NCBI GenBank assembly: GCA_944363595.1 | Contig: CALVUN010000006.1 | Location: 1 to 47,701, forward strand | Direction of reading: 5' to 3' | Length of the DNA stretch: 47,701 nucleotides | DNA from: an uncultured Bacilli bacterium | GTDB taxonomy: Bacteria; Bacillota_I; Bacilli_A; RF39; UBA660 | In this document: positions 28,690-40,126 of the stretch, one piece after another | Numbering within the stretch: position 1 is the stretch's first letter | Layout of the letters: the number at the start of each line of letters is the position of its first letter | Position numbers and translations under genes: made by a program | The notes under the pieces: model-generated | Databases searched by the model: none | Told to the model about the DNA's origin: nothing | Seen by the model: the letters and a program-made list of their open reading frames with translations, nothing else

Positions 28690-30243
28690 CTACTTAGCTT
28701 CTTCCGTAGCTCTTGTTTCTCTAATAACAGTAACTTTTATTGTACCAGGATATTGCATTTCATTTTCAATTCTATCTTTAATATCTCTAGCTATCTTAAA
28801 TGATGTAATATCATCAACTTCATCAGGTTTAACAATAACTCTAAGTTCACGTCCCGCTTGAACAGCATAAGTCTTATCGACACCTTTAATATCATTACCT
28901 ATCTTTTCAAGTTGTTCTAAACGTTGAAAATAATTTTCTGATGAGTCGTTGCGCGCACCAGGTCTAGATGCCGAAATAGTATCAGCAATAGCTACCAAAG
29001 ATGCAATAACACTAGTAGGTTCAGTATCACCATGATGTGAAGCAATAGCGTTAATAACGACATCTGATTCACCATATTTTTTAGCTAAATCAACACCTAT
29101 TTGGACATGACTACCTTCCATTTCAAAGTCAATAGCCTTCCCGATATCATGAAGTAACCCTGCTCTTTTAGCTAAATTAATATTCTCTCCAAGCTCACCC
29201 GCTAGTAATCCAGCAATATTAGCAACTTCTATAGAATGAAGTAAAGCATTTTGACCATAACTACTTCTAAAATGTAATTTACCAATAATTTCAAGTAATT
29301 CAGGATCGATGCGTGATAAACCTAAAGAATACATTGCATCACGTCCATAATCCTTAATCTGTTGATTAACTTGATTACACATCTTATCATATACTTCTTC
29401 AATTCTTGCAGGATGAATTCTTCCATCCTTGATCAAACTATCCAAAGTAAGTTTAGCAATTTCCCTACGCAATGGATCAAAACTAGAAATAACAATAGCC
29501 TCCGGTGTATCATCAATAATAAGATCGACACCAGTAACAGACTCAATCGTCCTAACATTACGACCCTCTCTACCAATAATACGACCTTTCATCTCATCAT
29601 TAGGTAAACTAATTACAGAAACAGTCTGTTCATTAGTAACATCAGCAGCATACTTTTGCATACAACTAATAAGCATTGCTTTAGCCTTACCATCAACTTC
29701 AATTTTAGCATCAGCTTCCTGTTCTCTAATATATAAAGCAATCTCCTTAGCCATATCATCTTCAACCTTTTTCATAATTGTATCATGTGCTTGCTCTTTC
29801 GTATACCCCCCAATTTCTTCTAACAAATCTAATTGTTGTTTCTTAATTTCTTCCATTTTATCTTTTTCTTCTTGAATTTCTTTTTGTTTATTAACTAAAC
29901 CATTTTCTCTTTCCTCTAAAGAATTCTCCCTATTTTGCAAAGCAATATCACGACGATCAATATTACTCTCTCTTTGTAATAAACGCTCTTCAGAGTCCTT
30001 AATTTCACTTTTTTTCTCCTTAATTTCACGTTCCGTTTCAATTTTCAATCTATTAATTTCTTCTTTAGTTTCCAAAAGAGAATCCCTTTTTAACTTATCA
30101 GCTTCCTTTTTAGCCTTATCAATTACCGATTCCGCTTTTTTATCATCACTTTTACGTTTAATATGCAAAATAACAAAGAAAATAACAATTCCTGCTATAA
30201 ATCCAAGAATAAACATTAAAATGGAGAATAATAAATCACTCAT
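28690..30243 (-). CDS. rny: Ribonuclease Y
   Basis: N-terminal TM, coiled coil, KH domain ([11 protein letters not shown]), HD domain (LLHDIGK). Confidence 0.97.
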   Translation of the reverse strand: MSDLLFSILMFILGFIAGIVIFFVILHIKRKSDDKKAESVIDKAKKEADKLKRDSLLETKEEINRLKIETEREIKEKKSEIKDSEERLLQRESNIDRRDIALQNRENSLEERENGLVNKQKEIQEEKDKMEEIKKQQLDLLEEIGGYTKEQAHDTIMKKVEDDMAKEIALYIREQEADAKIEVDGKAKAMLISCMQKYAADVTNEQTVSVISLPNDEMKGRIIGREGRNVRTIESVTGVDLIIDDTPEAIVISSFDPLRREIAKLTLDSLIKDGRIHPARIEEVYDKMCNQVNQQIKDYGRDAMYSLGLSRIDPELLEIIGKLHFRSSYGQNALLHSIEVANIAGLLAGELGENINLAKRAGLLHDIGKAIDFEMEGSHVQIGVDLAKKYGESDVVINAIASHHGDTEPTSVIASLVAIADTISASRPGARNDSSENYFQRLEQLEKIGNDIKGVDKTYAVQAGRELRVIVKPDEVDDITSFKIARDIKDRIENEMQYPGTIKVTVIRETRATEEAK

Positions 30244-30390
30244 AATATACCTCCATTATCTATATAATTTATCAAAATAACTTAATCTAAACTATATATA
30301 TAATTGTAACGATAAATTTAAAGATTGTCAAGAAATTTAACAATAAGAACTATAAGGCCCAAAACAAAAAAAGTAGAATTAATAATATAT

Positions 30391-31428
30391 CTACTTTTCC
30401 AATTCCTTATTATCCTTTTTTTTATTTTTTTTCTTACCAATACCATAAAATTCTCTTACTTTATCCTCTATTTCCTGTGCTAATTCTGGTGTATTTTTAA
30501 GTAAAGCTTTAACATTTTCTCTACCTTGCCCAATCTTTTCACCATTATATGAATACCAAGCACCACTTTTTTCAATAATATTAGCGTCCGTTCCCAAATC
30601 AACAAGTTCGCCTTCATGAGAAACGCCCTCACCATACATAATATCGACAGAAGCCGTCTTAAATGGTGGAGCCACTTTATTTTTAACAACTTTAATATTA
30701 GTCTTATTACCAATAATATCCGTTCCTTGTTTAATTTGTTCACCACGTCTAATATCTAATCTAACAGAAGAATAATATTTAAGTGCCTTTCCTCCAGGTG
30801 TAGTCTCAGGATTACCAAACATAACCCCCACTTTTTCTCTTAACTGATTAATAAAAACTACAATAGTATTAGTCTTATTAACAGAACCAGATAATTTCCT
30901 TAATGCTTGGCTCATCAAACGAGCTTGAAGTCCAACATGAGAATCACCCATTTCACCATCGATCTCCGCTTGTGGAACTAAAGCCGCCACAGAATCAATA
31001 ACAATAATACTAATTGCTTCACTTTTAACAAGAGCATCACAAATTTCAAGTGCTTGTTCACCAGTATCCGGTTGTGATAACAAAAGCTCATCAATATTAA
31101 CACCTAAATGACTAGCATAAATAGGATCTAAAGAATGTTCAGCATCAATGAATGCCGCCCTACCACCTTCCTTTTGAACTGACGCAATAGCATGTAATGC
31201 AAATGTCGTCTTTCCTGAAGACTCAGGACCATATATTTCAATAATTCTACCTTTAGGATAACCACCAGCTCCTAAAGCTATATCTAAAGAAATAGACCCA
31301 CTAGGAACTACTTCAATATTAACATCCTCCTGTTCTCCCAATTTCATTATTGCCCCTTTACCAAATTGTTTTTCAATATCCGCAAGTACTTGGGATAACG
31401 CTTTATCTTTTTCAATAGTTTTACTCAT
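30391..31428 (-). CDS. recA: RecA
   Basis: [35 protein letters not shown]. Confidence 0.99.
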   Translation of the reverse strand: MSKTIEKDKALSQVLADIEKQFGKGAIMKLGEQEDVNIEVVPSGSISLDIALGAGGYPKGRIIEIYGPESSGKTTFALHAIASVQKEGGRAAFIDAEHSLDPIYASHLGVNIDELLLSQPDTGEQALEICDALVKSEAISIIVIDSVAALVPQAEIDGEMGDSHVGLQARLMSQALRKLSGSVNKTNTIVVFINQLREKVGVMFGNPETTPGGKALKYYSSVRLDIRRGEQIKQGTDIIGNKTNIKVVKNKVAPPFKTASVDIMYGEGVSHEGELVDLGTDANIIEKSGAWYSYNGEKIGQGRENVKALLKNTPELAQEIEDKVREFYGIGKKKNKKKDNKELEK

Positions 31429-31464
31429 TATAATTTATCCTCCTCTAATCTATTGCACAAATAA

Positions 31465-31515
31465 ATTATATAATACCCAAAATCATTTGTCAATAGTTTT
31501 TCGTACATTTGTTTG
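31465..31515 (-). promoter_or_regulatory. recA promoter with a probable LexA (Cheo) box
   Basis: TTGACA (31488-93)-N17-TATAAT (31465-70); CGTAC-ATTT-GTTTG at 31502-31515 matches CGAAC-N4-GTTCG at 8/10. Confidence 0.7.
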
Positions 31516-31632
31516 TAAAAATAATATCTTTTCCCCTTTATCTATATTATTCTAAGAAAAAAGCAAATTTCCTTTAATTAAAATAAAAATTTTCAACATT
31601 TCTGTTGAAAACCAATTAAAATATAATAAAAT

Positions 31633-32226
31633 TTATTTTTCCTTAAAATAAGGTTTAGCCATCATATAATACTTAATACCAGATACTACTGATAAAACTG
31701 CAGCAACTACTAATAAGAAATCAGAAACTCTAATATCAATAAGTTCAAATGGCAAATTATAAAACAAAGTAAGAGCAATACCAACCATCAAAGTAGCTGT
31801 CTTAACTTTTGCCACATAGATAGCGCCAACTGCCGAACTTTTACTACCAATAACCATCTTTAAAGAATCGACGATAATATCTCTAGCAATTATAACTACA
31901 GGAATAACAGGACTAATCAAGTTATTACAAGCAAGTATAATCAATAAAGGATTAGTAAGAAGTTTATCAGAAATAGCATCGATAGTTTTACCAAAATCTG
32001 TAACAATATTTTCTTTTCGAGCAATATAACCATCTAGAAAATCAGTAATAGAGGCAATAATAAAGATAACACCTGCAATAACATATCTAATATCGACAAC
32101 AACATTATTACCCACTAAAAAAGTAGGAACCTCAATACCTAATTGATAAAAAGGAAACAATAAAATAAACATAATAATAACTGATAAAACAATTCTACTC
32201 ATTGTTATCTTATTAGCTTTATTCAT
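31633..32226 (-). CDS. pgsA: Phosphatidylglycerophosphate synthase
   Basis: MNKANKITMSR; DFLDGYIARK...FGKTIDAISDK; GGAGG RBS before ATG 32226. Confidence 0.93.
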   Translation of the reverse strand: MNKANKITMSRIVLSVIIMFILLFPFYQLGIEVPTFLVGNNVVVDIRYVIAGVIFIIASITDFLDGYIARKENIVTDFGKTIDAISDKLLTNPLLIILACNNLISPVIPVVIIARDIIVDSLKMVIGSKSSAVGAIYVAKVKTATLMVGIALTLFYNLPFELIDIRVSDFLLVVAAVLSVVSGIKYYMMAKPYFKEK

Positions 32227-32701
32227 AAACATTACCTCCAATAGCATAAGTAATATCATTACTACTAAAATCATCACTCTTAGTTAAAGTAGTAACCAAA
32301 AAATAAACAGCTACAACCAAAACAATAATAACAATAGCAATAATAATATATTTGACGAAGCCAAAGTTTTTATCTTTAAAACTAGTATAAGGTGAAACAA
32401 TAACTTTTTCATCCTTTTTATTTTTCTTAGCTTCTTCAATCGCATCGACAGGTATTTTTGAAGTATAATCAAATAAAAATTCATTAAACTTATCGACCAT
32501 CTGCTCACTATCCAATCCTAAATATTTAGAATAATCTCTTATCAAATATTTAAGAAACAAAACATCTTTAAAATCATCTTTTCTCCCAGCTTCTAAAGAA
32601 GCAATTTGACTTGGTCTAACCTTAAGATCAGTCGCGGCCTCATCTACCGAGACACCATTTTCTTCTCTTTTTTCCTTTAATCTTAAACCTATTTCATTCA
32701 T
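32219..32701 (-). CDS. rodZ: RodZ-like HTH membrane protein (short)
   Basis: IGLRLKEKREE HTH, YSKYLGLD, single TM; rodZ-pgsA-recA-rny synteny. Confidence 0.75.
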   Translation of the reverse strand: MNEIGLRLKEKREENGVSVDEAATDLKVRPSQIASLEAGRKDDFKDVLFLKYLIRDYSKYLGLDSEQMVDKFNEFLFDYTSKIPVDAIEEAKKNKKDEKVIVSPYTSFKDKNFGFVKYIIIAIVIIVLVVAVYFLVTTLTKSDDFSSNDITYAIGGNVYE

Positions 32702-32725
32702 ATAATCATTCCTTTATAAAACAAT

Positions 32726-33072
32726 AATAATCTTATAAGCCACGTTCTGTACCTAAAAAGGCGGCAAACATTTATCTATACCTAAGTATCTACTCGCAAA
32801 TTCATATTCTCCTTGAGTAGTTCCCCTACCAAAATTTGGGTTTCTCGCTTGTGGGGTTTACCCCGTTTCACTCTATTCATTTCTAAATAGCATCGTCACT
32901 GTGGCACTTTTACATTCAATTAATCATAGCAATAACCTTAGATTAATCAAAAGCCGTCAACTAAAAAGTTGCCTTAGGTTATTAATTCCCTAAGCACAAA
33001 CACTACTATCATCGCAGATAGTGCGAGCGTGGACTTTCCTCTACAAAAAATGCAGCGTTTGCCCAGATTATT
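32726..33072 (-). ncRNA. rnpB: RNase P RNA (type B)
   Basis: GAGGAAAGTCCACGCTCGCAC near the 5' end and ACAGAACGTGGCTTAT near the 3' end; P1 AATAATCT/AGATTATT; directly after gpsB. Confidence 0.95.
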
Positions 33073-33394
33073 GTTGTTCTTTTCCTAAAATTATCTTCTC
33101 AAGTTGTGAAATACGTCGCAATAAATCAACATTAGTAATTTCCTTCTCACCATACTTAGCAGCCTCAATACTAGACTTCAAATTACGAATTTCCTGCTTA
33201 AGTTCATGATTCTCTTGAGTAAGAACTCTTCTTTCCTTTTCCAAAGCCTTAATAATATTATTAAATTCATTATAATCCCTTATAATAACATCTAAAAACT
33301 TATCAACTTCTTGAAGGCGATAACCACGAGCATCGATTTTAAAATCTTTCTCTAAAATATCCTGAATCGTCAAAGCAATTCTATCCTTATACAT
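33068..33394 (-). CDS. gpsB: GpsB/DivIVA-domain protein
   Basis: ILEKDFKIDARGYRLQEVDKFLD and TNVDLLRRISQLEK; GAGGTG RBS before ATG 33394. Confidence 0.9.
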   Translation of the reverse strand: MYKDRIALTIQDILEKDFKIDARGYRLQEVDKFLDVIIRDYNEFNNIIKALEKERRVLTQENHELKQEIRNLKSSIEAAKYGEKEITNVDLLRRISQLEKIILGKEQQ

Positions 33395-33413
33395 CTTACT
33401 CACCTCTATTATT

Positions 33414-33508
33414 ATTTTAGAGGAAAAATCACTATTTGTCAATTTAATTAATAAAATTTTAAAACCAAAAAGCACTCATATTTTAACACATAAAAATCCC
33501 CCTGTCAA
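33414..33508 (-). promoter_or_regulatory. Tandem sigma-A promoters for gpsB-rnpB
   Basis: Two TTGACA-N17-TAAAAT elements at 33480-33508 and 33414-33442. Confidence 0.7.
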
Positions 33509-33591
33509 ATTACCATTTTATATAACCCCACAGGGGCCCAAAGAAATAAGATAAATTCCCATTAAAATAAAAAAAGTAATAAATAACAATA

Positions 33592-35253
33592 TTACTTTTC
33601 AAAATAACTATCACCAATAAATTCCCTAAGTAAAGATAAATTAGGAATATCCTCACTAGGAATTGGTAAAACATACTTAAATAAATCAAGTAATCTAATT
33701 GCTGTCAAATACTCAGGATCATCATCCTTAATTGAATATAATAAAGGTTCAGCATAAGGTTTCATTACTCCAAGTTCATAAGCTAAAGAAGAATTAAATA
33801 CAACATCAGCTTGATCTTGAAAAGGAAAAACATATTTCTCTTCACCCAATCTAACTGAAGACCAATTAGCTAAAGTTTTTGAAGGAGAATATCCCCTTGT
33901 TCTATTATCTCTAACCATTCTTCTAATTAATCTAATATCTGTCATACTTATCCTATTATCATCATCAACATTTAAAAAAGCAAGAGGACTAATATATATC
34001 TTAAATTTCTTCTCATCATCAATATTCTTAAGTAAATCCGTATTCAAAGCATGTAATCCCTCGATTATCAAAATATCATTATCTTTCATTTCAATAGTCC
34101 GATTAAACACCTTTTTACCCGTGATAAAATCAAAAGTAGGCGTAACAACTTTAATACCTTTAAGTAACTTTTGCATTTGCGAATTAAACAATTTAATATC
34201 AATTGCTTTTAAACTCTCAAAATCAGGTTTACCATCTTCTCCCAAAGGCGTATCCTCTCTCTCCAAAAAATAATCATCCAAAGACAAATGATAAGGATTA
34301 ATACCTAAAGTCTTCAAATACAAATAAAGTTTCTTTGAAGTAGTTGTCTTTCCTGATGAAGAAGGTCCAGACATCAAAACAATTTTAATTTTATTCTTAT
34401 TTAAAGCAATCTTTTCTGCAATACTTAATAACTTATAATTCTGAATAATTTCTGATAACTGAACAATTTCTCCAGCATTATTATTAATAATGGCCTCATT
34501 AAGTTCTCCTAAATTACTAATATTAAGTAAATCTCCCCATTCATTATATTCCTCTAAAGAATTAAAATACTTCTCATGATGTGTATACTTAACAACTTTA
34601 CCATTATCATAAATAGAAGGAAAACGTAAAACAATCCCTTTACCATCAATTAAAGTTAAATCAAAATATTTAAAAATACTACTATCATTAGGCAAATCAC
34701 CAATTACATAATCATATACCCCATCAAAGCGATATAAAGTAACAAAATTAGAAGTATTATAAAATAAAGTCTTAACTTTATCATCCCTTTTAATTTTCTT
34801 AAAATAATTAATCGCTTCAACCCTAGAAGTCTCAATCCTATCAAAAGAAAGAACCTTTTTAACCTTATCTTTCATTAAAGACTTAATATTATTAACATCA
34901 TCCTGATTAATTTTTTTAGAAATAGCACAAAAAACACCACGATCAATTGAATACTTAACTTTAACTCGAACTTTATTACCTAAAACTTCATTAACACAAA
35001 CTTTAAACAAAAAAAGTAAACCCTTTTCATAAATCTTATTACCCTGTTTAGTATTAATATCATAAAGTACCAAGTTACCATTTTTAACAATCGCATCATC
35101 ATAACCAATCATTTGATTATTAAACATTCCCGCGATAATATCAAAATTAATTTTATCACGTATATCATCAATAATATCTCTAAATTTAATACCCTTAATA
35201 TATTCTTTCTTTTTACCATTTTCAAAAGTAACAATAACTGTATCCATCATCAT
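33592..35253 (-). CDS. Long-form nucleoside (uridine) kinase with ThrRS-like N-terminal domain
   Basis: GPSSSGKTT, SLDDYF, IIEGLHALN, RLIRRMVRD. Confidence 0.88.
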   Translation of the reverse strand: MMMDTVIVTFENGKKKEYIKGIKFRDIIDDIRDKINFDIIAGMFNNQMIGYDDAIVKNGNLVLYDINTKQGNKIYEKGLLFLFKVCVNEVLGNKVRVKVKYSIDRGVFCAISKKINQDDVNNIKSLMKDKVKKVLSFDRIETSRVEAINYFKKIKRDDKVKTLFYNTSNFVTLYRFDGVYDYVIGDLPNDSSIFKYFDLTLIDGKGIVLRFPSIYDNGKVVKYTHHEKYFNSLEEYNEWGDLLNISNLGELNEAIINNNAGEIVQLSEIIQNYKLLSIAEKIALNKNKIKIVLMSGPSSSGKTTTSKKLYLYLKTLGINPYHLSLDDYFLEREDTPLGEDGKPDFESLKAIDIKLFNSQMQKLLKGIKVVTPTFDFITGKKVFNRTIEMKDNDILIIEGLHALNTDLLKNIDDEKKFKIYISPLAFLNVDDDNRISMTDIRLIRRMVRDNRTRGYSPSKTLANWSSVRLGEEKYVFPFQDQADVVFNSSLAYELGVMKPYAEPLLYSIKDDDPEYLTAIRLLDLFKYVLPIPSEDIPNLSLLREFIGDSYFEK

Positions 35254-35383
35254 CCCTCTTTCTATTCAACATAATATATTATACTATATTTTTAAATTAA
35301 ATAAAACAATTTTAAAAAAAATGTCATCAAAATAAAAGAATAAAATATAAAACATATAACTAAAATAATAACAGGTGATAAAT

Positions 35384-35965
35384 ATGAACTTAGTTCCAAC
35401 AATAATTGAAAAATCCCATAGTGGAGAAAGAGCCTATGACATATATTCAAGACTCTTAAAAGACCGTATTATCATTTTAAATGGCGAAATAGATGATAAC
35501 AGTGCCAATATCATCGTTGCCCAATTATTATACTTAGATAGTCTAAATAATGACGACATAAGCCTATATATCAATTCACCAGGAGGAAGTATAACTGCTG
35601 GTATGGCTATCTATGACACCATGAATTTCATTAAAAGTGACGTATCGACAATATGTATTGGAATTGCCGCATCAATGGCCGCCTTCCTATTAGCAAGTGG
35701 AAGTAAAAACAAACGTTATAGTTTACCAAATTCCGAAATAATGATTCATCAACCACTAGGAGGAGCTAAAGGACAGGCAACTGAAATACAAATAGCGGCA
35801 GAAAGAATAATAAAATTAAAAAATAAATTAAATCGTATCCTATCCGAAAAAACCAAACAACCTCTAAATAAAATTAGTGATGATACTGAACGAGATAAAT
35901 TTATGGATAGTAAAGAAGCTCTTGAATACGGTTTAATAGATAAAATAATAACAAATAAAGAATAA
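35384..35965 (+). CDS. clpP: Clp protease proteolytic subunit
   Basis: [28 protein letters not shown]. Confidence 0.97.
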   Translation: MNLVPTIIEKSHSGERAYDIYSRLLKDRIIILNGEIDDNSANIIVAQLLYLDSLNNDDISLYINSPGGSITAGMAIYDTMNFIKSDVSTICIGIAASMAAFLLASGSKNKRYSLPNSEIMIHQPLGGAKGQATEIQIAAERIIKLKNKLNRILSEKTKQPLNKISDDTERDKFMDSKEALEYGLIDKIITNKE

Positions 35966-35996
35966 AAAACATATTCATTTTACGAATATGTTTTTC
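35965..35996. terminator. Bidirectional terminator
   Basis: AAAAACATATTC...GAATATGTTTTT between convergent genes. Confidence 0.7.
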
Positions 35997-35999
35997 TAA

Positions 36000-37085
36000 T
36001 TACATTTCTTTATTCTTTTTATAATACTTATTAAAGTAATATACAGAATATCCTAAAGCACCAGCTCCAATAGCCCATACTATATAAATAGGAATATCAG
36101 AAGTCGTAGGGTTCTCTTTAATCTCTTCTTCGGCAGGTGTTGACACTAATCTATAATAACAATTAGATTTACCATCAGCACCATTAATCGTAACACTAGT
36201 ATTAGCATTACTAACTAATCTATAACTACCAATAGAGGCAGGACAAGCAATACTATAAGTCTTACCATCTTCATAATTGCTACCAATAAGCTTAGAACCT
36301 TGAATAGTCTCACCAGTATCTTGATCGTAATAATATTGTGTTATAGAAAATAATGGAACCTCTTCATCAGGAACAGTATAAGTTAAATAATATAAAGCAG
36401 GAGCAAATGCCCAATCAGCAGTAACATCATCATTAGTAGTAGCAGTTAGTGGAGTTTGCCATGCATCAATATTTGGTGTACTACTATCAGCATATCTTTG
36501 AATAGTAACACTTATTAATTTAGCACTACGATCAATATCAACTGTTGTTGAATCATCCACTTCAGGAAGAACTGAAGCATTAACTAAACCACTCAAACTA
36601 GCATTTGAAACATCTAATTGATCAGCTATTTCAAAATATCTTCCATTAGCAGTCCAACCACCATGTAATTGATAATGATAATTAGGATCATTATCAGGTG
36701 TATACACTCCTCTACCTTCAGTAGAAGTTAATGCTTTATAAGCTCCCTGATACATAGACCAAAATTTTCTAATATCCCATTCAGTAGTAGAATGACCACT
36801 ATCATCACCACCATTGACAAGTTCAACCCATCCTTGACCAGTAATAGTAGCATTACCAGGAATATCATAAGAGAAATCATTAGTAGTATGTGGATCATCA
36901 ACTATATACTCTATAAGTTTCTCCTGATTTATATCTTCTGTTATTGTAAATGCATCACTAAAAAAATAAAAATTAGTATATGTCTCTGCTGCTTTTACAT
37001 TATCAATTTTAACCATAAATGGCACAACCATTGCCAAAGTAGATAATAAAAGAACACTTGCCTTCTTACCTATATTCTTCTTCAT
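36000..37085 (-). CDS. Surface protein with MucBP-like domain and NPTTSD-TM-basic tail
   Basis: Signal peptide from ATG 37085 (AAGGA RBS); paralog of the neighbouring gene. Confidence 0.75.
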   Translation of the reverse strand: MKKNIGKKASVLLLSTLAMVVPFMVKIDNVKAAETYTNFYFFSDAFTITEDINQEKLIEYIVDDPHTTNDFSYDIPGNATITGQGWVELVNGGDDSGHSTTEWDIRKFWSMYQGAYKALTSTEGRGVYTPDNDPNYHYQLHGGWTANGRYFEIADQLDVSNASLSGLVNASVLPEVDDSTTVDIDRSAKLISVTIQRYADSSTPNIDAWQTPLTATTNDDVTADWAFAPALYYLTYTVPDEEVPLFSITQYYYDQDTGETIQGSKLIGSNYEDGKTYSIACPASIGSYRLVSNANTSVTINGADGKSNCYYRLVSTPAEEEIKENPTTSDIPIYIVWAIGAGALGYSVYYFNKYYKKNKEM

Positions 37086-37201
37086 TTTTTCCTTCCTTTC
37101 CAGTACTCTGTACCCTTCTACTATATTCATAATATCACAACAATAAAAAAAATGCAATACAATTTGCATTTCTTTTTTAAATAATTTTTCACTTTCTAAA
37201 A

Positions 37202-38272
37202 TTAACTTCTTTTAGGTTTCTTAACAAATTTAACTAAATAGTAAATTGCAAAGATAAACGCACCAACACCAACTATAACGACAATACTCATAGGTAAATC
37301 CCATGTTTGAGGATTACTTACATTAGTCGTAGGATTAGATGGCGTTGTAGGAGTATTATCAGTAGGCACAATAGTAGGTAATTTATAAATACAATCAACA
37401 TCAACATCGCTACCATCAATTACTCCAGAAGCATTAGAACTTGTCTTACTTAAAGTATAGTTTTTACCATTAACACTTAATGACGTAGGACAAACAACAT
37501 TATAAGAAGATCCATCTCTTAAATTAGTAAAAAGTCCCATTACAGAATCTTGAATCTTATTACCATCTTCATCCTTAAAGTGTTCATTAACTTGATAAGT
37601 ATTTTCATTCTCTTCACATACTTCATATTGAATATAATATAAAGCAGGCATTACATAAGAAGTATTACCATTATCAAATGATAAAGGTTCACTTCCAACA
37701 TCATCACCATCTTCCGTATAAGTTCTACTAACACTACCTATTAAACCATTAGGATTAGTATCAACAGTACCAAAACTTATATAAGCAGTAGTACTAGTAG
37801 GTAAAACAGAAGCATTAACTAATTGATAATTAGTAAAACCAGTAATAATTACATGATTATTACTTTCAGGTTGTCCCTCTAAATACCAAGCATCATGACC
37901 TACAAAATAAACATCACCATCATTATAATAACCATCACTATCAGCTTGTAATTCCTTAAAATGAGACCAGAAATTACTTAAAGACCATTCAGAAGTATTC
38001 ATAGAAGAACCACTTCTAGTCAAACTAACTTGATCTTGACTAATAATTCTAGCATCTTCTGGAATAATACTAGCAAATTCTCTTGAAGTATGATTACGAG
38101 TATTACCAACCATTACCTTTTCATAATTATCAACACTAGCAATATCACTGAAGAAATAATAATTAGTATATGTTTTACAACTATCAGAAGCTTCAACCTT
38201 ACTATCATTAAAGATAAATGGTAAACTTAACAATAGTGAAAATAAAACAAGTCCAACAATTTTCTTTTTCAT
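37202..38272 (-). CDS. Surface protein with MucBP-like domain and NPQTWD-TM-basic tail
   Basis: Signal peptide; VNEHFKDEDGNKI MucBP-like start; Pro/Thr linker. Confidence 0.78.
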   Translation of the reverse strand: MKKKIVGLVLFSLLLSLPFIFNDSKVEASDSCKTYTNYYFFSDIASVDNYEKVMVGNTRNHTSREFASIIPEDARIISQDQVSLTRSGSSMNTSEWSLSNFWSHFKELQADSDGYYNDGDVYFVGHDAWYLEGQPESNNHVIITGFTNYQLVNASVLPTSTTAYISFGTVDTNPNGLIGSVSRTYTEDGDDVGSEPLSFDNGNTSYVMPALYYIQYEVCEENENTYQVNEHFKDEDGNKIQDSVMGLFTNLRDGSSYNVVCPTSLSVNGKNYTLSKTSSNASGVIDGSDVDVDCIYKLPTIVPTDNTPTTPSNPTTNVSNPQTWDLPMSIVVIVGVGAFIFAIYYLVKFVKKPKRS

Positions 38273-38369
38273 ATAAAACCCTCCCTTTCAAGATGCCATT
38301 ATAATATCACAAAATACAAACATTTGCAAGTATTTTTTAAAATATCCAAAAAAAAGAACCAAAGTCCTT

Positions 38370-40112
38370 TTATCTAATCTTTATATGAAGTTCTCTTAAT
38401 TGTTGTTCTGTTAATTCAGATGGACATCCCATCATACTATCGATCCCATTAGGGGCAATAGGAAATGCTTGTACTTCTCTTAAATTAGGTTCATCTTTAA
38501 GTAACATAATAATTCTATCAATACCAGGAGCCATTCCTGCATGAGGAGGTGCTCCATATTGAAAGGCTGTATATAAAGATCTAAATCTCGTCTTAACATC
38601 ATCTTCTGTATAACCCGCTAAAGAGAAAGCTTTCTTCATAATTTCAATATCATGATTACGTACAGCACCACTAGCCATTTCATTACCATTACATACAAAA
38701 TCATATTGAATCGCCGTAATTTCCTCTAAATTAGGATTATTAAGCCCTTCCATACCACCCTTAGGCATATTAAACGGATTATGCGTAAAAACATATCCAC
38801 CCATATCCTCATCATATTCATACATAGGAAAATCAGTAATAATACAAAATTCATATCTATTCTTATCAATAAGACCCATCTTATTACCCAAATAAGTTCT
38901 AATCATACCAGCATTTTTAGCACACTTATTACTATCCTTATCAGCAATAAAGAAAATAACACTATTATTTTTAACATCGCACTTATCAATAAGAACCTTT
39001 CGATCATCATCTGTTAAAAACTTATCAATAGGTCCCTTAAAAGAACCATCATCTAACATCGATAAATATCCAATACCGGGCATACCAATACTCTTAGCAT
39101 AATCAACAATATCATTAAACCAAGAATTAGAATTACTAGCAATACCATCTACCGTAATAGATCTAACTGTAACACCTCTAAAAGGCTTAAAATCACTATT
39201 AACAAAAACTTCACTAATATCTCTAATAACTAAAGGATTACGCAAATCAGGCTTATCAGTACCATATAATAACATAGAATCTTTATAAGTAATTCTTTTA
39301 AAAGGATAAGGGCTCACTTCCCTATCACTAAATTCCTTAAAAATATTATAAAAAATCTTTTCACCAACTGCAAAAACATCCTCTTCATTAGCAAAAGCCA
39401 TCTCAAAATCAAGTTGATAAAACTCTAAACTACGATCAGCTCTCGTATCCTCATCTCTAAAACAAGGAGCAATCTGATAATACTTATCAAATCCACTTGT
39501 CATAAGTAATTGTTTAAAAATCTGTGGTGCCTGAGGTAAAGCATAAAACTTACCATGATATTTTCTTGATGGAATAACAAAATCCCTAGCACCTTCAGGA
39601 GAAGATACCGTAATAATAGGGGTCTGTACTTCCGTAAAGCCCATTTCATCCATCATATTACGCATATATTTAAGTACTTTACTTCTAAGTACAATATTAT
39701 CATGTACCTTCTTATTTCTTAAATCAAGATAACGATATTTAAGACGAATATCCTCACTAACCTCATGTGAAGTCTTAACTTCAAAAGGAAGAACATTTAA
39801 AGCTTTACTTAAAACTTCAAGTTCACTTACAAGTATCTCTATTGTTCCCGTATCAATATTAGGATTATAATCATCTTCATCCCTTTTTCTAACTTTACCT
39901 ATAACTTTCAATACTGATTCTTTTGTCAAATGTAAAAACAAAGAAGAATCATTGCTAACAAGTTGTACTGTTCCTGTTTCATCTCTTAAATCAACAAAAA
40001 TAACTCCTCCATGATCACGAATATTCTCAACCCAACCAGATACCTTAATATCCTTACCAATATCCTTTTCACTAACTTTACCACAATAATTAGTTCTATA
40101 AAGATTATTCAT
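38370..40112 (-). CDS. aspS: Aspartyl-tRNA synthetase (probably non-discriminating)
   Basis: RDHGGVIFVDLRD, EGARDF, CFRDED, YGAPPHAG; co-operonic with gatCAB. Confidence 0.97.
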   Translation of the reverse strand: MNNLYRTNYCGKVSEKDIGKDIKVSGWVENIRDHGGVIFVDLRDETGTVQLVSNDSSLFLHLTKESVLKVIGKVRKRDEDDYNPNIDTGTIEILVSELEVLSKALNVLPFEVKTSHEVSEDIRLKYRYLDLRNKKVHDNIVLRSKVLKYMRNMMDEMGFTEVQTPIITVSSPEGARDFVIPSRKYHGKFYALPQAPQIFKQLLMTSGFDKYYQIAPCFRDEDTRADRSLEFYQLDFEMAFANEEDVFAVGEKIFYNIFKEFSDREVSPYPFKRITYKDSMLLYGTDKPDLRNPLVIRDISEVFVNSDFKPFRGVTVRSITVDGIASNSNSWFNDIVDYAKSIGMPGIGYLSMLDDGSFKGPIDKFLTDDDRKVLIDKCDVKNNSVIFFIADKDSNKCAKNAGMIRTYLGNKMGLIDKNRYEFCIITDFPMYEYDEDMGGYVFTHNPFNMPKGGMEGLNNPNLEEITAIQYDFVCNGNEMASGAVRNHDIEIMKKAFSLAGYTEDDVKTRFRSLYTAFQYGAPPHAGMAPGIDRIIMLLKDEPNLREVQAFPIAPNGIDSMMGCPSELTEQQLRELHIKIR

Positions 40113-40126
40113 ACCATTATCCTCTC

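Noticed and set aside
33021-33209. 62-aa plus-strand ORF
   Set aside because: Antisense to rnpB and gpsB.
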